Shown here piece by piece: positions 35,274 through 44,959 of a DNA stretch of 54,639 nt (position 1 is the stretch's first letter; every line of letters starts with the position of its first letter). This DNA is from an uncultured Bacteroidales bacterium (lineage in GTDB: Bacteria > Bacteroidota > Bacteroidia > Bacteroidales > UBA7960), in NCBI GenBank assembly GCA_964589855.1, contig CAZPVB010000006.1, forward strand, positions 1-54,639. The letters are read 5' to 3'. The notes beneath the pieces are model-generated. The model did no database searches and was not told where the DNA came from. It worked only from the letters and a program-made list of their open reading frames with translations. The translations under genes were made by a program, and so were the position numbers.

Positions 35274-35578
35274 TATCTGTTGGAATTGATGATTATAAAA
35301 AAGAAACCAGAGAAGGAATAAAAAGAATTTGCCCTACCCGATTTTTCTCCAATCAACACAGGAATGATATTCAAATACCTTGTCCTTCTGATAAATTTCC
35401 GGATGAGGCTTAACCCAACAATCCGGAATATGTCAATGTTACCAGAACCACTGCCCGGCGAAGGTAATCTGTCAATGAACTCTTAATCTATAGGAATGTT
35501 TATTATAATAACAGGTAGATTTTAAAAATATCCGATCCTGGCAAACCCAATAATATTAACATAAATAAAAAATTTGCT

Positions 35579-36133
35579 ATGAAAATAACAGACTTTAAAA
35601 GAACAGGGTTTTATTTTACCTTAAGCATAACGATGGTGTTGCTTCTAACAGGATGTCAGCAAAAAACAGATAATAAAGAAAATCAATCAGGAAATTCGGA
35701 AATGACAGAAACATCCGATGAGGATATGGGCAAGCAACCATGGGTGCTGGATATTGAGAAAGCCACCGTTAATAATAACTTTTACCGTGAAGCTAAATGG
35801 ACAGGAGATTACATGCAAATGACGCTTATGTCGCTGAAACCCGGAGAGATTATTAATCTGGAATTGCACGAAAAAATTGATCAGTTTATTCGTATTGAGC
35901 AGGGAGAAGCACGTGTAAGGATGGGAGAAACAGAGGAAAACCTCTCTTTTGATGAAACGATTTCCGACGATTGGGCGATCTTTATCCCTGCCGGATATTG
36001 GCACGAGCTGCAAAACATCGGGGAAACCGACCTGAAATTGTATTCTATTTATACTCCTGCAGAGCATCCTTCAGGAACAATACACGAAACATATGAAGAG
36101 GCAAAGGATCATGAGCATGATCATGATCATTAA
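35579..36133 (+). CDS. Cupin domain lipoprotein with His-rich C-terminal tail
   Basis: Lipobox LTGC; cupin motifs LELHEKIDQFIRIEQG and IPAGYWH; ends HEHDHDH. Confidence 0.85.
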   Translation: MKITDFKRTGFYFTLSITMVLLLTGCQQKTDNKENQSGNSEMTETSDEDMGKQPWVLDIEKATVNNNFYREAKWTGDYMQMTLMSLKPGEIINLELHEKIDQFIRIEQGEARVRMGETEENLSFDETISDDWAIFIPAGYWHELQNIGETDLKLYSIYTPAEHPSGTIHETYEEAKDHEHDHDH

Positions 36134-36334
36134 TTGTTCCGGTCAGATTTATCCGGGTTGATAAAAGTGGAAGATTAGAATCCTGCTCTTCCCGTATTGC
36201 CAAATAAACTGCAGGCAACAACGGGTTTTTCCGGCGTATAGCTATTAATACCGAAGCTCCTCTCTTGTGCAATACCATAATTGATTGCCGGAACAACATC
36301 CATCCGGCATCACCTTACTTTTTTGGCTTTTCCG

Positions 36335-36459
36335 GTGCTTGCAGGACAACGCCAGTTGCTGTGTTGGGCTCATCTTCAAAAAAATCATTTCGTTTTATCT
36401 GTAAGAATCCTGTTTTTCAACCCCTCTCCCCTGCTCCTGAAATTTTCTTTATCAAGTAT
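36335..36459 (-). repeat. Dispersed structured element family B, inverted copy
   Basis: Minus strand reads AAAAACAGGA...AAATGATTTTTTTGAAGATGAGCCCAACACAGCAACTGGCGTTGTCCTGCAAGCAC, matching 35188-35266. Confidence 0.7.
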
Positions 36460-36578
36460 TCGGAAAATCATGGGTTTTCTTTCTGACAATTAATTAACAT
36501 GGCTTTTACTGGTATTTCTTCAAATTTATTATTATTTTAGATAAAGAAACCAGGGAAGGAATAAAAAAGGAATTTGCC

Positions 36579-38726
36579 ATGATCCGTTTTTCTCACATAC
36601 CTATGATCAGGATATTGACACCCATCTTTGCAGGTATAATAATATACAGCAAAACGGAATACAATTTCAATATCCCTGATTATGTATTGATTATGGGCAC
36701 TATTTTAGTGCTGATCATGCTTAGTTTCCGGTTTCTTCTTTCAAAATTCCGCTTCAGACATATACCTGGTATACTGATCACAATATTTCTGGTGGTTACC
36801 GGATTTGCCCTGGCACAATCCAGGTACCTTGCCAACCATCCGAATCATTTCAGCAATTATCATTGGGAAAATTCACATTTAAGGATCAGGATTACCGAAC
36901 CTGTTTCAGAGAAAACAAACTCTTATCAAATCACAGGAGAAGTAACCCACGTAATAAGGCAAGACTCCTTAGTTTCTACTGTTGGAAAAAAGATTATCTA
37001 TTTTGAGAAAGACGAGGCAGTGAAAGACCTTTTCTATGGTGACATCCTACTCATACCCGCAGACTATCAGCAAGTAAGAGATTCCAAAAACCCAAATACC
37101 TTTCAGTACAAACGTTTTTTATCCCGCCAAAACATCTTCCACCAAAGTTATCACCGCACAGGCTCATGGTATTTTACCGATACCAATGAGGGAAATCCGT
37201 TCATGAAAATGGCGCATCACATGCGCCAAAAAGCCATAGACATTCTGGAAAATAATGGATTAACAGGTAGAGAATTTTCGGTTGCAAGTGCTCTTTTGCT
37301 GGGTTATCGTGATTATCTGGATGAGGAATTGATGGAAGATTTTGCCGGAGCAGGAGCCATGCATATCCTGTGTGTTTCAGGGTTGCATGTTGGCATCATA
37401 TTTCTTTTTTTAAATACACTGTTTTCTTTTCTTACAAAAATTAAATACGGAACCTATTACAAATCCCTGATCATTATTCTGATTGTTTGGTTTTATGCCG
37501 CTATTACAGGTATGTCACCATCGGTAATGCGAGCTTCAACCATGTTTAGTTTTCTGGCAATCGGTCAGACCCTTAAACGCGCTACCAATACTTACAACAC
37601 ACTGGCAGCTTCGGCTTTAATTCTGGTTCTCCTGGATCCTTTCATTGTATTCAAGATAGGATTTCAATTGTCATACATCGCAGTGATAAGCATTGTAGCC
37701 ATCCAACCGATGCTTTACAAACAGGCTTATTTTAAAAACAAGATAATTGATAAAGCCTGGGCAATCATTACTGTGTCCATTGCCGCACAATTGGGCACAG
37801 GTCCACTGGCAGTCCATTATTTCAATCAATTTCCCAATTATTTCATTCTTGCAAATTTAGCAGTTATACCCCTTACGGGTCTGATCATTCAATGGGGTGT
37901 TCTTTTTTTTATGCTCTCGCCTCTTGAAATGCTCGGCAGTTTGTTCACCCAATTGTCCTTATGGGCAGGAAAACTTCTGTCGATGCTGATTTATGTTATG
38001 CACAAAACGGTTAGTTTTATCGAGAATCTTCCCTTGAGCACTTCCAACAATATTTACATAACTTTTACAGAAACAGTGATCATCTTTGCAATTATATTCT
38101 CGCTGATGATTTTTTTAACTCATAAAAACAAACATTTTCTTACTACAACTCTTATTTTTTTGCTAATATTAACTGCTTCTTTTTCTTTTCGATTATATAA
38201 GCAAAACCATCAGCAACAATTGGTTATTTACAACATGTCTGACGATTTTTCTATAGACATTTTCAACGGCAGAAAGTGCTATTCGATGGTGTGCGAAAAC
38301 CGGATTCCAGAGCAAAGAGATATCAAATTCAATGCAGAGGGAAACAGGTTATCTCTCGGAATCAAGCCATCAAACACGCTAATGACAACTTTGATGAGCG
38401 ATACACTGGTGGACAATGCTCTATACATAAACAACAACTATGTGAGTTTCAGGAATACCAGTTTAAAGATTGTTGACCGAACTACCGTTTTAACAGACAC
38501 AATAATATTTCCTGACACCTTGAATATTGTTGTATTGACAGATAATACAAGGATGAAAATAAACGAACTGAAAAATCATCTGCGTTTTGAAAAACTGGTA
38601 ATTGATGCATCCAATTCATACTATAGAAATCAATCGTGGATTAAGGAATGCAAAGAACTGGGTTTAAACTGCTGGTCGGTCAGAGACCAGGGAGCATACG
38701 TACACAATCTCACCCATACCGAATAA
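36579..38726 (+). CDS. comEC: ComEC/Rec2 competence (DNA uptake channel) protein
   Basis: Motifs NPNTFQY, ALLLG, GAMHILCVSGLHVG, SPSVMRA and GFQLSY; many TM helices; degenerate C-terminal domain ending ...GAY. Confidence 0.9.
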   Translation: MIRFSHIPMIRILTPIFAGIIIYSKTEYNFNIPDYVLIMGTILVLIMLSFRFLLSKFRFRHIPGILITIFLVVTGFALAQSRYLANHPNHFSNYHWENSHLRIRITEPVSEKTNSYQITGEVTHVIRQDSLVSTVGKKIIYFEKDEAVKDLFYGDILLIPADYQQVRDSKNPNTFQYKRFLSRQNIFHQSYHRTGSWYFTDTNEGNPFMKMAHHMRQKAIDILENNGLTGREFSVASALLLGYRDYLDEELMEDFAGAGAMHILCVSGLHVGIIFLFLNTLFSFLTKIKYGTYYKSLIIILIVWFYAAITGMSPSVMRASTMFSFLAIGQTLKRATNTYNTLAASALILVLLDPFIVFKIGFQLSYIAVISIVAIQPMLYKQAYFKNKIIDKAWAIITVSIAAQLGTGPLAVHYFNQFPNYFILANLAVIPLTGLIIQWGVLFFMLSPLEMLGSLFTQLSLWAGKLLSMLIYVMHKTVSFIENLPLSTSNNIYITFTETVIIFAIIFSLMIFLTHKNKHFLTTTLIFLLILTASFSFRLYKQNHQQQLVIYNMSDDFSIDIFNGRKCYSMVCENRIPEQRDIKFNAEGNRLSLGIKPSNTLMTTLMSDTLVDNALYINNNYVSFRNTSLKIVDRTTVLTDTIIFPDTLNIVVLTDNTRMKINELKNHLRFEKLVIDASNSYYRNQSWIKECKELGLNCWSVRDQGAYVHNLTHTE

Positions 38727-39006
38727 TTTAAAATTTACTAAAAACACATTTGTAAAATTCTCTTTATATAAATGATTTTAGAAACCCTGAGAAGTAATCC
38801 GTAGAAAACACCTGCAAAAAATCAGGTAAACAATACAGGGTAAACACGTGCATATAATCAGGTTAAATATAGTATATTTGCAAAACATGGCATGGTTTTT
38901 CGTTTTGCACAATGATACCAGAAACAATAATCTGAATTACACAATACACACAATTTTTCAACCGGAGAAATAACTGTAAAACTGAATTCTAAAAAAACCA
39001 AAATAT

Positions 39007-39540
39007 ATGAGACGACAAGTACTCTCTATCATGTTGATTTTACTTTTTACGTTAGCATCTTTTACGCTGCAGTCTCAAACCTCCAAAGATTTTGCACGCA
39101 TGGCCAAAGCCAAAATAGACCTGAAAGATTATAAAGGTGCTATTGATGATTTCTCCAGCATTATCCGCCTTCAACCCGAGTATGAGACGTTATACCAGGC
39201 TTACTACGGACGTGGGTATGCAAAATTTCTGGACGGCAATTTCAAGGGGGCAAAAAGTGATTTTGACCGGGCCATCAAGATATACCCCAACGATGCACAG
39301 GTATTTTTTTGGAGAGCCTACACCAAGTATAGGTTAAGATACAAAGCCAGTAGTGAAATAGCAGACTATAACCGGGCAATCCTGCTCAACCCCGATTATG
39401 CAGAGGCATACTTTAACCGTGGTCATGCTAAAATCAAAAACCGTCAGCCCAGGTCGGGATGCAAAGATCTGAAAAAAGCACTTGAATTGGGGTACCAGGA
39501 AGCAGAAACACATGTGAAAATTCATTGCGGTACTCCCTGA
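39007..39540 (+). CDS. Exported tetratricopeptide repeat protein
   Basis: Signal peptide; TPR motifs AYYGRG...A..DF..AI...P and AYFNRG...GCKDL.KA.ELG. Confidence 0.85.
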   Translation: MRRQVLSIMLILLFTLASFTLQSQTSKDFARMAKAKIDLKDYKGAIDDFSSIIRLQPEYETLYQAYYGRGYAKFLDGNFKGAKSDFDRAIKIYPNDAQVFFWRAYTKYRLRYKASSEIADYNRAILLNPDYAEAYFNRGHAKIKNRQPRSGCKDLKKALELGYQEAETHVKIHCGTP

Positions 39541-39560
39541 TAAGACTTAAAACAATATCT

Positions 39561-40553
39561 TCAACGTAAATATATTTTTTGCCCGGGTTCAGGTTGTTCA
39601 TCCTTTTCCAGGGCATTTCTTTTGTAAATAAATTTTTGTTTAATGCCATAGTGTTGCGAAATGCTGTAAACGGTTTCGCCCTCCTTTGCAACATGAAATT
39701 TCTGCTTATTTTTTCGTCTTTTGGGTTGAAGATAAACAATTTGACCAGGGATGATTTCCTGCCCTTTTTCTAACTCGTTATATTTTATAATTTCAATTTT
39801 CCAAATCCCCAAATCTTCAGCTATTTGAGCCGGGGTGTCATCTTCTCGTGCATAAATATACCGAATTCTGTTATTTTCAAAAACTCTCCTTACCTGGGTT
39901 GTCCCGATCAACTCATCAGCATCCATCTCATTGTTTTCCTGCTGATTGCGAGTACCTTGCCTGCTGTTATCAGATTCTGCATCTGCCACAGGCATAGTGC
40001 CAACTACTTTCTGATCGAGCAAATAGAGTTGATTTCGTTCAATCAGATCAATCAACAATTGTGGATAACGCGGATTAGTAGCATACCCCGCTTTTCGAAG
40101 TCCTCTGGCCCAGGCACGATAATCGGTTATTTCAAGTTGAAAAAGAGGTTCATACCGGCTTCTTCCGGTCAGAAATAAGGAATGGTCTTTAAAAGACTGC
40201 AAAGGATCATCATAAGCACGAAAACATTCATCAGGTGCATCGTCATCTTTATGAAAAACCCTTCCCTGCCATTCATGACATTTAATCCCAAAATGATTAT
40301 TGGCAACAGAGGCAAGATCGCTGTTACCAAAACCCGATTCCAAAATCGCCTGGGCCATTTTAATGCTGGCCGGTATCCTGTAAGTGCGCATATGCTCCAT
40401 TGCAACCGACTGGTAAGTATTGATATATTCCTCAAGAGATATGGAGGATTGCGAATAAACGGGTTTATTCAGATAAAATACTGAAACTATGATAATTAGT
40501 AAACACTTCAAAACCAGACAAGAAATAATTTGGTATGATTTGTTGAATTGCAT
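39561..40553 (-). CDS. GH73 glucosaminidase with LysM domains (peptidoglycan hydrolase)
   Basis: Motifs IPASIKMAQAILESG, NNHFGIKC and GYATNPRY, with two C-terminal LysM-like repeats. ATG at 40553 is preferred over TTG at 40589. Confidence 0.9.
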   Translation of the reverse strand: MQFNKSYQIISCLVLKCLLIIIVSVFYLNKPVYSQSSISLEEYINTYQSVAMEHMRTYRIPASIKMAQAILESGFGNSDLASVANNHFGIKCHEWQGRVFHKDDDAPDECFRAYDDPLQSFKDHSLFLTGRSRYEPLFQLEITDYRAWARGLRKAGYATNPRYPQLLIDLIERNQLYLLDQKVVGTMPVADAESDNSRQGTRNQQENNEMDADELIGTTQVRRVFENNRIRYIYAREDDTPAQIAEDLGIWKIEIIKYNELEKGQEIIPGQIVYLQPKRRKNKQKFHVAKEGETVYSISQHYGIKQKFIYKRNALEKDEQPEPGQKIYLR

Positions 40554-40961
40554 AGAGTGAAAAACGTAAGTATGAATACCAATTGACAATGATAAAACTG
40601 CTAATGCAAAAATATATTATTATTCGGAAATGATTCCTATTCAAAGTTTTTTCATTCGTTAACTTCTTAGAACATACATAAGAAAAAAATCAATATTTTT
40701 GCATGGTAAAGTATTAAAAACCCATAGAATAATGGTTCTCTCAGATTTTTTTAAACCTGATCAGAAAAAAAGGATTTTAACTTAAAAAAAAGAGACCACA
40801 ATAAATCAGTTCGTAAAACGAAGTAATATTCAAATCAATTATTGTCAGATAATCATAGGATCAATTACAAAACAAAAATCGCAATACAAATATTGCATTT
40901 ATCTGACTATTTTTAGGATTTTATGTTTGGCAAACATACACAAAATCAAACATCAAAAAAT

Positions 40962-41582
40962 ATGTATGAAGTTTTAAAATATTTTCCCAATATAGATATC
41001 CTGAGAGTGGATCTTTTCAAAAGCCTGGAACCTTTATATGCCGAATGGAATCATAGGATCAATGTGATCAGCCGTAAAGACATGCATAATTTTTATCTGC
41101 ATCATGTATTGCATTCGTTAAGCATCGCAAAAGCTTTCCAGTTTCAACCCCGCACCTCCGTGGCAGATATAGGAACAGGTGGTGGATTTCCGGGTATACC
41201 GCTTGCTATTTTTTTTCCTGAGGTTGAATTTGTTTTGGTCGACTCTATCGAAAAAAAGATAAAAGTTGTACAGGATGTAGCCAATCGTCTGAATCTGGAT
41301 AATGTGCAATGCATAAGAACCCGGGCAGAAAACCTGGAACAAAAATTTGATTTTATCGTTTCTCGCGCCGTTACAACCCTTCCGGTTTTCATGCAATGGA
41401 CAAAAGGAAAAATCAAAAATGAACATAAACATATCTTTCCCAACGGAGTTATTTATCTTAAAGGCGGCGATATCAGGCATGAAATTGCTAAAGTTAAGCA
41501 AAAACATAAAATAATTCATTTATCCGATTTTTTCGAAGAAGACTTTTTTCTCACCAAAAAAATCATTCATTTACATTCATAA
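40962..41582 (+). CDS. rsmG: 16S rRNA m7G527 methyltransferase
   Basis: Motifs WNHRINVISRKD, HVLHSL, DIGTGGGFPGIPLAI, SRAV and YLKGG. Start at 40962 is preferred. Confidence 0.95.
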   Translation: MYEVLKYFPNIDILRVDLFKSLEPLYAEWNHRINVISRKDMHNFYLHHVLHSLSIAKAFQFQPRTSVADIGTGGGFPGIPLAIFFPEVEFVLVDSIEKKIKVVQDVANRLNLDNVQCIRTRAENLEQKFDFIVSRAVTTLPVFMQWTKGKIKNEHKHIFPNGVIYLKGGDIRHEIAKVKQKHKIIHLSDFFEEDFFLTKKIIHLHS

Positions 41583-41628
41583 CAAATCTCAGTTTATTAT
41601 TTTCCGAATCCAACCTAATTCTATTTTC

Positions 41629-42249
41629 ATGACAGATAATATTCGTCGTTCGCTATCATTCCTAAACCATGAACTGGTTTCTGAGATTATGGAAAATTCA
41701 ACCATACAGGAATTTGCGGAGGGCACAACCATGGTAAAAGAAGGAGAATATATAAAAGTTATTCCTTTTGTTTTAACCGGGCTGATCAAAGTATTCACCT
41801 CTTATGAAGACAAAGAACTACTTCTTTATTACATAAAACCCAACGATAGTTGTATCATGTCTTTTTCAGCAGGCATAGCAAACCAACCCAGTAAAGTATA
41901 TGCCATTACCGAAAAAAAAACAACCGCACTTCTGATGCCTTCCAAAAAGATAAGCACATGGATCAGTCAGTACCCCGACATCAATAATCTTTTTTATCAT
42001 CAATATAAATTGAGATACAGCGAATTGTTGAATACAATCAATCATATTCTTTTCGACAAGTTGGATGTAAGAATTTTTGAGTATCTGCAAAAAAAGACAG
42101 ACCTCACAAAACAGAACCTGATGAAAATATCGCACAGACAAATTGCATCAGAACTGGTTACTGCACGCGAGGTTGTAAGCAGAACCCTTAAAAAACTGGA
42201 AACAGAAGGCAAAGTAAGACAAAGATCAGGGTATATTGAATTAATTTGA
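41629..42249 (+). CDS. Crp/Fnr family transcriptional regulator
   Basis: cNMP-binding fold (ELLLYYIKPNDSCIMS) and HTH (SHRQIASELVTAREVVSRTLKKLE). Confidence 0.9.
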   Translation: MTDNIRRSLSFLNHELVSEIMENSTIQEFAEGTTMVKEGEYIKVIPFVLTGLIKVFTSYEDKELLLYYIKPNDSCIMSFSAGIANQPSKVYAITEKKTTALLMPSKKISTWISQYPDINNLFYHQYKLRYSELLNTINHILFDKLDVRIFEYLQKKTDLTKQNLMKISHRQIASELVTAREVVSRTLKKLETEGKVRQRSGYIELI

Positions 42250-42255
42250 AATTTG

Positions 42256-42299
42256 GTGACTTTGGTCACTATTTTTTCATACAAAATACGTTAGTTTTG
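42256..42299 (+). promoter_or_regulatory. Crp/Fnr-type palindrome plus -7 promoter element upstream of the DUF2892 gene
   Basis: GTGAC-tttg-GTCAC (GTGA-N6-TCAC) at 42256-42269; TAGTTTTG at 42292-42299. Confidence 0.65.
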
Positions 42300-42418
42300 A
42301 ACAGACATTAAAGCACAGAAAGCACTTTTAAAGGATATCTTTTCATGTATCTGGTCTTTTTCAACTAACACATGTTAGATTTTACAATTTATTCATTTAT
42401 CACTAAAAATTTATTATT

Positions 42419-42631
42419 ATGAAAAAAAATATGGGTTCGGCAGACAAGATCATCCGATTTTTGATCGCTGCCATCATTGCAGTGCTTTATTTTACCAACG
42501 TAATTTCAGGAACACTGGGAATTGTACTTCTCATTTTGGCAGGTGTGTTTGTTCTTACCAGTTTGGTTAGCTTCTGTCCGTTGTACTATCCTTTTGGTAT
42601 CAAAACATGTGCAACCCGGCACGAAAAGTAA
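42419..42631 (+). CDS. DUF2892 (YgaP-like) small membrane protein
   Basis: MKKNMGSADKIIR, two TM helices, then SFCPLYYPFGIKTC. Confidence 0.9.
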   Translation: MKKNMGSADKIIRFLIAAIIAVLYFTNVISGTLGIVLLILAGVFVLTSLVSFCPLYYPFGIKTCATRHEK

Positions 42632-42676
42632 GACTTGTAAGGATAATACCGTGTATACCATAACAATGATTCCCTT

Positions 42677-42722
42677 AAAAAAACGGTTTAAAACCATTTG
42701 AGTTTTAGACCGTTTTTTTTTG
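42677..42722 (+). terminator. Rho-independent terminator
   Basis: AAAAAAACGGTTTAAAAC-loop-GTTTTAGACCGTTTTTTTT. Confidence 0.75.
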
Positions 42723-42869
42723 GAGAGGGATCAATAGAAAATGGAGAACAAAAAGCATAAAAACAAAACCATTTTCAGAGCAATGCAAAAAGTGATTCTC
42801 AGAACAGATTAAAATCATTTCCTTATCTTAGCCGGTACAAGCAATATTCAAAACAAAAAATACAATCCT

Positions 42870-44327
42870 ATGAACAGACACTTATCGGAACTATCTCCAC
42901 AGCCTTTATGGAATATATTTGAACAGATTTGCAATATACCACATCCATCCAAGAAGGAAGAAAAAATAACTGAGTTTGTAAAAAACTTTGGGGAGAACCT
43001 TGGTTTGGAAACACACGTTGACCCCGTAGGGAATGTAATAATCAGAAAACCTGCCACAAAAGGTTATGAGGACAGAAAAACTATTGTGCTTCAAAGTCAT
43101 CTCGACATGGTTCCACAGAAAAACAATGACACTGAACACGACTTTGAAAATGACCCTATTCAACCCTATATTGACCAGTTGTGGGTAAAAGCAAAAGGCA
43201 CTACCCTGGGAGCCGACAATGGCATTGGTGCTGCCGCTGCGCTGGCGGTTCTGGAATCCGATAATCTTGAACACGGACCTGTTGAATGCCTGTTTACCAT
43301 TGATGAAGAAACGGGTATGACAGGTGCTTTTGCCCTCAGGGAAGGATTTGTAAAAGGAGATATTTTACTAAACATGGACTCTGAAGATGAAGGCGAACTC
43401 TACATTGGTTGCGCTGGTGGCGTAGATACAAATGCCTATTTTGAATACGATAAGAAAAGATCGCCCATTGGAAGCAAAGGGTTTGAGATTGTTGTTAAGG
43501 GATTAAAAGGAGGGCACTCAGGATTAGACATTCATTTGGGCAGGGGAAACGCCATCAAGATTCTAAATCGTATACTTTGGAAAGCGAGCAAATACATTAA
43601 AATTCAACTTTGCGACATTGAAGGTGGAGGACTTCGAAACGCTATTCCGCGTGAAGCCAAAGCAACGGTAATTGTAGCCACAGAATTTGAGGAAATGCTG
43701 CAGAAGATCACCAATGATCTTACAAACAACATCAAAAATGAATTGAAAAATACCGAACCTGATCTTCAAATAGAAATAAATCCTGTTGAAACACCAGAAA
43801 TGTTTATAGAAGAAGATGTTACTAAACGCCTGATCAGTTCCCTCTATGCTTGCCCTAATGGAGTAATCAGAATGACAGACGATATGCCTGGTGTTGTGGA
43901 AACCAGCACAAACCTGGCCATTGTAAAATCAAATGAGGGTAAAATTGAGGTTTGCAGTTTACAAAGAAGCTCCGTAGACAGTGCCAAAGAAGACCTCAGC
44001 AATATGTTGTATGCTGTTTTTTCATTGGCTGGAGCAGAAACAGAACACACAGGATCTTATCCGGGATGGAAACCCAATGTGGATTCTCCCATTCTGAAAA
44101 CCATGAAAAAAGTGTATTTGGACAAATACGGCAAAGAACCAGCAGTAAAGGTGATACATGCCGGATTGGAATGTGGCATCATTGGCAGTACTTTCCCTCA
44201 ACTTGACATGATCTCTTTCGGACCCACCATCAGAAATCCTCATTCGCCCGATGAAAAAGTAAACATTAAATCTGTCTCGCTTTTTTGGGATTATTTGCTG
44301 GAAACGCTTAAAAATGCACCAAAATAA
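42870..44327 (+). CDS. pepD: Aminoacyl-histidine dipeptidase (M20)
   Basis: Motifs QSHLDMV, TTLGADNGIG, DEETGM, DSEDEG, GGHSG, HAGLECG and HSPDE. Confidence 0.95.
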   Translation: MNRHLSELSPQPLWNIFEQICNIPHPSKKEEKITEFVKNFGENLGLETHVDPVGNVIIRKPATKGYEDRKTIVLQSHLDMVPQKNNDTEHDFENDPIQPYIDQLWVKAKGTTLGADNGIGAAAALAVLESDNLEHGPVECLFTIDEETGMTGAFALREGFVKGDILLNMDSEDEGELYIGCAGGVDTNAYFEYDKKRSPIGSKGFEIVVKGLKGGHSGLDIHLGRGNAIKILNRILWKASKYIKIQLCDIEGGGLRNAIPREAKATVIVATEFEEMLQKITNDLTNNIKNELKNTEPDLQIEINPVETPEMFIEEDVTKRLISSLYACPNGVIRMTDDMPGVVETSTNLAIVKSNEGKIEVCSLQRSSVDSAKEDLSNMLYAVFSLAGAETEHTGSYPGWKPNVDSPILKTMKKVYLDKYGKEPAVKVIHAGLECGIIGSTFPQLDMISFGPTIRNPHSPDEKVNIKSVSLFWDYLLETLKNAPK

Positions 44328-44451
44328 TCAGAAATGTTTTAGTTTGAAAAACAAAATTTATTGATGTTTTTTATCCAAAAGAATTGACCATCACAATTTC
44401 TGTTCAGGATGTTTAATCTCTTTAAAAAATCAAAATATGAGTAGAAAACAT

Positions 44452-44481
44452 AAGCGGACTTTAAAGGGTTAAAGTCCGCTT
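44452..44481 (+). terminator. Perfect 13-bp hairpin downstream of pepD (probable terminator)
   Basis: AAGCGGACTTTAA-aggg-TTAAAGTCCGCTT. Confidence 0.65.
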
Positions 44482-44959
44482 TGGTGTTTTAATTTTTCTT
44501 TTTTCATATCCAAAATTGACAAAATTCCATCAGGTTATTTTTTATTTGTAGTAATTTTACATAACAGATAACAAAACTTTACGGATCAGGATTTACGGTT
44601 AATACCTGTAATTTACATCAGAACAGACTTTTGTTGAAAGATATATCCAAGGTTATCAGAAAATGATTGCTAGTATGACTGGTTGGCTCTTTTTAATCAC
44701 ACACATATATATATGAATACTTTTTATTCCCTGATTATTATTGTCATCATGGTTCAGGCATTTAGTTTTCTGTACACGAGTTGAAAGAAAATATTGAGAA
44801 AGTATCTGATGAGAAGAATTTGCGTTTTTATAGTCAAACAATATCAAATCAATGAAAAACCGCATAGTCCACAAATAAAACTATATTCTTTTAAGTAAAA
44901 AAGAGTTTATTGATCCACACAAAGAATAAAACAAGGAAAACCCAAAAACCAACACAAGA

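Noticed and set aside
36045-36493. Short ORFs between cupin and comEC
   Set aside because: No motifs; they overlap the inverted family B repeat and each other.
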